Assembly: GCA_018649885.1 (NCBI GenBank)
Contig: JABIHA010000118.1
Coordinates: 48,644 to 68,643, forward strand
Direction: 5' to 3'
DNA: 20,000 bases
DNA from: Bacteriovoracaceae bacterium
GTDB taxonomy: Bacteria; Bdellovibrionota; Bacteriovoracia; Bacteriovoracales; Bacteriovoracaceae
The first letter of the stretch is position 1. Every line of letters starts with the position of its first letter. The position numbers and the translations under genes are program-made. A model generated the notes under the pieces. It was not told the origin of the DNA and did not search any database. It saw only the letters and a list, made by a program, of their open reading frames with translations. Below, in pieces: positions 15,308-20,000 of this stretch.

Positions 15308-16443
15308 TGGACAAAAGTAGTTGTCTTGTTATAGCTGGGGAAAAATCTGGGGAAGAGCACTTCCTAAGCTTCTTTGATGGCATTTTGGCAAATTGTCCTG
15401 ACACTCATTTTTATGGTGTTGGGGGAGATCAAATGTCTGATAAAGGGGTAGAGCTCCTCTACCACCTAAACGAGTTTTCAAGTTGGGGATTTAGTGAAGT
15501 GATTGGAAAAATCCCATTCTACTACAATGCTCTAAATAAAGTTGCCTCCGAGGTTGCTAAGAGAAAGACTAAAACAGCAATTCTTGTTGATTTTCAGACT
15601 TTTAACTTAAAGCTGGCAGTTCGTTTAAAAAAATTAGGTGTTAAAGTTCTCTACTATGTTGCTCCTCAGGCTTGGGCCTGGAAAGAGTTTAGGGTAAAGG
15701 CATTGTCAGAATCTGTTCACACTCTTTTTTCCATCATCCCATTTGAAAAAAAGTGGTTTGGGCAAAGAGGTGTAAACTCTGTGATATCAGTTCCCCACCC
15801 TCTTTATCATACCTATAGTAAGTACTGGCAAAATATTGACGATCGCCAGTTTGGTGGATTTTTTAAAAATAAAAAGATCAATATTCTGATTTTACCTGGA
15901 AGTAGAAATTTTGAAGCAAGACTACTTCTGCCGAGATTTTTTGATGCCATATCAGAAATTAAAAAAAATTGGGATGTGTGCGTTTCAACAGTTAAGTCCC
16001 CTTCTATTTCGGAAACTTTCTTTGACTACTATGGTGATCAGATTGATATTTTTCACGAGAGCACTAATATTAGTGAAGCTCTGCTTGGCGCTGACTTTGC
16101 TTTCGCCGCTAGTGGGACAGTGACACTTGCCTGTGCACTATTTGGGGTCCCTACAGTTGTTTGTTATAAGGGTTCTTTGCTAGAGCAATTTGCTTATGAC
16201 AATTTTATTTCCTACAGGGGACCCATATCACTGGCAAATATAGTAAATGATAAATTGCTATTTCCTGAATTCATCCAAGATTCTGTGAATACTTACAATT
16301 TGATAAAGTTTTTTAATGCAATATGTACAGATGAAATTGCCTATGAAAAAATGACTAAAGAGTTGACTATGACGAGGAATAGGCTGGTTGGAGATGATCG
16401 CGATATTGCTGAGTACATGGCCTCTATCATTAAGGAAAACTAA
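15307..16443 (+). CDS. lpxB: Lipid A disaccharide synthase
   Basis: Motifs IAGEKSG, GVGGDQM, GFSEV, YYVAPQAWAW, ILPGSR, ASGTVTL and ISLANI...PEFIQ. Confidence 0.94.
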   Translation: MDKSSCLVIAGEKSGEEHFLSFFDGILANCPDTHFYGVGGDQMSDKGVELLYHLNEFSSWGFSEVIGKIPFYYNALNKVASEVAKRKTKTAILVDFQTFNLKLAVRLKKLGVKVLYYVAPQAWAWKEFRVKALSESVHTLFSIIPFEKKWFGQRGVNSVISVPHPLYHTYSKYWQNIDDRQFGGFFKNKKINILILPGSRNFEARLLLPRFFDAISEIKKNWDVCVSTVKSPSISETFFDYYGDQIDIFHESTNISEALLGADFAFAASGTVTLACALFGVPTVVCYKGSLLEQFAYDNFISYRGPISLANIVNDKLLFPEFIQDSVNTYNLIKFFNAICTDEIAYEKMTKELTMTRNRLVGDDRDIAEYMASIIKEN

Positions 16444-16448
16444 GAGTA

Positions 16449-17501
16449 ATGTTATTTTTGAGACTTAAATACTTCTTCTTTCTTCCAATTTCATGGCTTT
16501 GGAAAACGATTTATCGTATTAGAAGAATGCTCTATAACTCTCAGGTATTAAAAAGCTACGAGTTTCACCTCCCGGTTATCTCAATTGGGAACTTAACCTT
16601 TGGGGGAACCGGCAAAACTCCATTCGTAATTTGGGTTTCAAAGCTTATCTCTGATAAGAAAAAGAGCCCTGTAATTTTAACTAGGGGATATCGAGGCGAG
16701 CTTGAGTCTAGTCATGGGATCATCAAATCCGGAGAAGTGCATGGCAAGCAGGCTGAAAAATATGGAGATGAGGCGATTTTACTTGCCCGTCATATTGACC
16801 GAGGTGCCGTCATCGTTGGTAAAAACCGAGTAAAAAACTTAACTTATTATATTGAGTCCAACCGGCCAGACGCCGTTATCTTGGATGATGGTTTCCAACA
16901 TTTGAAAATGGTGAGGAATTTGAATTTTGTACTATTTGATTGCCTCTTACCTATTTCCCAGTACCGAACTCCTCCGCTTGGTTATTTCCGAGAAGGATTA
17001 AGTGCATTGAAGCATGCGGATGCCATAATTCTCAATCGTTCAGATCAAGTACCTAGACAAAAAGTAAGTGAAATAACACGTAAGCTAAAAAGACATACTC
17101 CAAAGGGAATTCCTTATGCCGAGGTTTTTTATCGGCCAGTGTCTATTAAGGATTTAAACTTCAGGGATGTCTATTCAATACCGGAAGCAGCAGGCCTTAA
17201 GGTTATTGCAGCAACGGGCCTGGCGAACCCTGAAGGGTTTTTCAAAAGTCTTGAAAGTGTTGGTATTGAAATAATTGATAGAATAGTTTTTGCTGACCAT
17301 CATTATTTTACAAACGAAGATATTAACGAGCTGATTTTAAAGGCCAAAAGCCTAGATTGTTATATAATGGTCAGTGAAAAGGATATTGTAAAAATTAGGA
17401 AGATAACTGAGAATCCCAAATTTCACTACCTTGAAATAGCAGTGGATTTTTTATCAGGCAAAGAGGAAATTGAAAATCTGGTTTACTCTTGTACTAATTA
17501 A
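16449..17501 (+). CDS. lpxK: Tetraacyldisaccharide 4'-kinase
   Basis: Motifs PVISIGNLTFGGTGKTP, LTRGY, GDEA, LDDGFQH, FADHH and SEKDIVK. Confidence 0.95.
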   Translation: MLFLRLKYFFFLPISWLWKTIYRIRRMLYNSQVLKSYEFHLPVISIGNLTFGGTGKTPFVIWVSKLISDKKKSPVILTRGYRGELESSHGIIKSGEVHGKQAEKYGDEAILLARHIDRGAVIVGKNRVKNLTYYIESNRPDAVILDDGFQHLKMVRNLNFVLFDCLLPISQYRTPPLGYFREGLSALKHADAIILNRSDQVPRQKVSEITRKLKRHTPKGIPYAEVFYRPVSIKDLNFRDVYSIPEAAGLKVIAATGLANPEGFFKSLESVGIEIIDRIVFADHHYFTNEDINELILKAKSLDCYIMVSEKDIVKIRKITENPKFHYLEIAVDFLSGKEEIENLVYSCTN

Positions 17502-17510
17502 TTGAGAATT

Positions 17511-18698
17511 ATGGATTATAAAATACTACTTATACTATTTGTCTTTAGTGGTTGTGCTTGGAATATTCACCAAGACGATATTACAAAGTTAAAAAAAGAA
17601 AAAGACCTCGTTGAAGAATTTTCAAACAAACAAGAAATTCTAGACAAATTTAAAGAAGATCCAAACTTTTCTGAAGAAAGCAATATTGTCACAGAAATTG
17701 TCAAAAAAGAAACTGATAAAGAAGACGACAAACCTGAAGAGGAAGAGGAGGATGAAGACGAGGCTTATGACCGAACTTCTGTACCTAAGGTTGTTCGTGA
17801 AGAACCTAAAAAATTTGAAGCTCCAAAAGAAAAGAGGAAGAAAACTCCAAAAGTAGCTGAGAAGAAAGTCGCCCCAAAGCCAGCTGCAAAATCAATTGAT
17901 CTAAAAAAGATTGAAGCTAAGTCTATTAAAACCCGCTATCCTAAAGGCTATCCAAAAGTTTTGAAAGGATATGATAAAAAATCCGAACCTCTTTGGAAAA
18001 AATTCTCACCTAAAATCTATATCGGTGAGAAAATGGCCCTGGATGTGAAGTACTTCAATATTACAGCTGGAAAGATTTTTATTGAGACTCTTCCGATTAA
18101 AAAAATTGGGGGAAGAAAGACATTTCATTTCTTCGCAAGACTTAAGTCAGCTCCATTTTATGAGTATATTTATAAGCTTGATGACTATATCGAGTCGTTT
18201 ATGGATATCGAAACATATACTCCTATCAAGTATGCACTTGTGCAGCATGAGACGAAGCAAGATGTTGATGATCTGCAGTTATTTGATGATGAGGCTTTGA
18301 AAACCTATTTTTGGTATAAAAGAAAGAAGAATGGGCAAATCAAAGAGGTCAACAAGTCTGCTTTTATACCCAAGTATTTTCAAGACTCAGTTACCCCCTT
18401 ATTTTTTATGCGAGGTCTCCCATTTAAAATTGGAGCAAAGTATGAGTTTCCTGTCATTACAAGGGCCAAGCTTTGGATAGTAAAAATAGAAGTAGTGAAA
18501 ATTGAAACCATAAGAATAATGGGAGAAAGAATAAAAGCTTACAAGCTAAAGGCAGAAACAAGATATCCTGGAGTGCTTTCAAAAAAGGGCGACATTATAT
18601 TTTGGTTCTCAAAAGATGCCAGAAAGAGATTTTTAAAATTTGAAGCAAAGGTTAAAATAGGCACCATCACAGGTGAACTTGTAAGTTTCTCTAAATAA
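17511..18698 (+). CDS. Predicted lipoprotein with charged disordered linker and C-terminal DUF3108-like domain
   Basis: The ATG at 17511 is preferred over TTG 17502 and gives MDYKILLILFVFSG|C (lipobox-like). The C-terminal beta-rich domain has GEKMALDVKYFNITAG, QDSVTPLFFMR, IIFWFSKD and KVKIGTITGEL, resembling DUF3108 by recall. Confidence 0.7.
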   Translation: MDYKILLILFVFSGCAWNIHQDDITKLKKEKDLVEEFSNKQEILDKFKEDPNFSEESNIVTEIVKKETDKEDDKPEEEEEDEDEAYDRTSVPKVVREEPKKFEAPKEKRKKTPKVAEKKVAPKPAAKSIDLKKIEAKSIKTRYPKGYPKVLKGYDKKSEPLWKKFSPKIYIGEKMALDVKYFNITAGKIFIETLPIKKIGGRKTFHFFARLKSAPFYEYIYKLDDYIESFMDIETYTPIKYALVQHETKQDVDDLQLFDDEALKTYFWYKRKKNGQIKEVNKSAFIPKYFQDSVTPLFFMRGLPFKIGAKYEFPVITRAKLWIVKIEVVKIETIRIMGERIKAYKLKAETRYPGVLSKKGDIIFWFSKDARKRFLKFEAKVKIGTITGELVSFSK

Positions 18699-18699
18699 A

Positions 18700-19857
18700 A
18701 TGGAAATAGATAATTTTTTGGTTATTTGCCCAAGTAATAAATGGGGTACTAAGGAAAAGGCTGCTCTAAGAGATATTGGAGTACTAAGTACTAGTGGTAA
18801 AAAAGTAAGTTTTGTTTGCACCAAAGATTCGTTTCTTCATCTAAAGTCCAAAAAATATAAAATTGATATCATTCCCTGTCGTTACTCTGTCATTTCAAAA
18901 CTATTTGATACTAAATTTTATTATTTTATCAAAGAGGTAGTGAGAAACGGAAATTACTCAGTTATTCATACTTTTGATTTCTACTCCCTCTACCCTCTTT
19001 CCTACCTACTTAAGCAAAGAAAGAGTGTGGCACTTTTTTTTAGCTTTTACGGCCAGTCTCTGCCCTATCGAATGGGGCTTATTCACAAGCTCTTTTTAGG
19101 GAGAGTTGATCAGGTGGTAACCCTTGGAGAGGAGTTGCCGAGGAAAATATCGCGTTCAGTGAATTTACCAGAAAGAAGAATTGTGGGTCTAGGTGGGGGA
19201 ATAAGTGTAGAAAAAAATAAAATGCTCGATGGCAAAAGGCCCTATAATTCTCTAATTCTTGGAGGGATTGTTCCTGCAGACAAGGAGAAAGTCGATTTCC
19301 TTGTGACACTCTTTGATGCACTACTTCCAATGACAAGCATGGTTTCGAAAATTCTACCTAGTAAGGACTTTCAACTGTACTTATTCAGCGAAAGGCCATG
19401 GAGGCAAAGGGTGATTTTCGAACATCTCAAAAATTTTCTTTGGGAAAAAGGGGTCGAAGATATGGTCCATTTCAAAGAAATCGGCATGAGTTGTGAAGAA
19501 GAGGCCATTATTCAATGTGATATCTGGATTGGTCTGGAGACCAATAGTTGCATTGCCTTTGATCTCCTTTATGGCCTTTGTTTGGAAGTCCCAACACTTG
19601 CCTCAAGAAGTCCATCGACCAGCAGTATTGCAGGAAAAGCTTCCCCACTTCTCAAGACCTTTGCTGGAGGGGATTCCAGAGAACTTAGGTCAAAGTTTAG
19701 CGAGATATTAAGTGATTTTAGTAAGAAGAAATCCAAAAAGGCTTCCTCTGAAGAAATTTACTCAGAGCATAATCTAGATAAATATAGCGAGGACCTGATG
19801 TCTATTTATAGCAGGGCCTTAGAAAGAAGAGCTAGAGCTATGCGTAAAGGTACCTGA
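18700..19857 (+). CDS. Divergent GT-B fold, glycosyltransferase family 4-like protein
   Basis: N-terminal SNKWGTKE resembles SxxWGGxE; also YSVIHT, RVDQVVT, MVHF, CDIWIG...VPTLAS and a C-terminal crossover helix. The donor-binding motif is degenerate. Confidence 0.65.
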   Translation: MEIDNFLVICPSNKWGTKEKAALRDIGVLSTSGKKVSFVCTKDSFLHLKSKKYKIDIIPCRYSVISKLFDTKFYYFIKEVVRNGNYSVIHTFDFYSLYPLSYLLKQRKSVALFFSFYGQSLPYRMGLIHKLFLGRVDQVVTLGEELPRKISRSVNLPERRIVGLGGGISVEKNKMLDGKRPYNSLILGGIVPADKEKVDFLVTLFDALLPMTSMVSKILPSKDFQLYLFSERPWRQRVIFEHLKNFLWEKGVEDMVHFKEIGMSCEEEAIIQCDIWIGLETNSCIAFDLLYGLCLEVPTLASRSPSTSSIAGKASPLLKTFAGGDSRELRSKFSEILSDFSKKKSKKASSEEIYSEHNLDKYSEDLMSIYSRALERRARAMRKGT

Positions 19858-19966
19858 CTCGAATGCTACTGCTTTAAGCCACTTGGTTTGAGGATTTATA
19901 CCTATTTCTTGGAATTAGCAAAAGGCTAAATGTCCCTCTTGTTCGACGTTTCAGTGCTCTAGGCTC

Positions 19967-19999
19967 AACCCTGAATTTGGAGTTCAGGGTTTCATTTTT
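19967..19999 (+). terminator. Possible intrinsic terminator after the envelope operon
   Basis: 9-bp inverted repeat AACCCTGAA-tttggag-TTCAGGGTT followed by TCATTTTT. It could instead lie inside an incoming minus-strand ORF. Confidence 0.45.
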
Positions 20000-20000
20000 C

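Noticed and set aside
19874..19999. Minus-strand frame open for 41 codons from the window end to TAA at 19874-19876; the region was also considered as a structured ncRNA such as 6S
   Set aside because: It is too short and truncated to call as a CDS, and no ncRNA consensus was recognised. Downstream sequence and an Infernal/Rfam search are needed.

Overview
This is an AT-rich bacterial window, densely coding, with no mobile elements, CRISPR arrays or RNA genes recognised. Gene content and order suggest a Bdellovibrionota-like or former-Deltaproteobacteria lineage, possibly Bacteriovoracaceae; this is an inference that needs a marker search. The left part holds the 3' end of a coiled-coil gene, then a minus-strand run of mazG, coaE and an M48 metalloprotease with a twin-arginine plus lipobox N-terminus, transcribed divergently from ybeY. 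A 706-aa orphan with a signal peptide follows; it carries recognisable protein-kinase-like catalytic motifs (K292, E300, D464-x-K-x-x-N469, D488-I-G) and is the best candidate for an undescribed system. Next is prfB with an intact +1 programmed frameshift that the ORF track misses. prfB heads a tightly packed envelope and lipid A cluster: lolC/E, lolD, bamA, skp, lpxD, fabZ, lpxA, a GnnA-like oxidoreductase, lpxB, lpxK, a DUF3108-like lipoprotein and a degenerate GT4-like glycosyltransferase. Several features point to a non-canonical, probably 2,3-diamino-glucose-based, lipid A.
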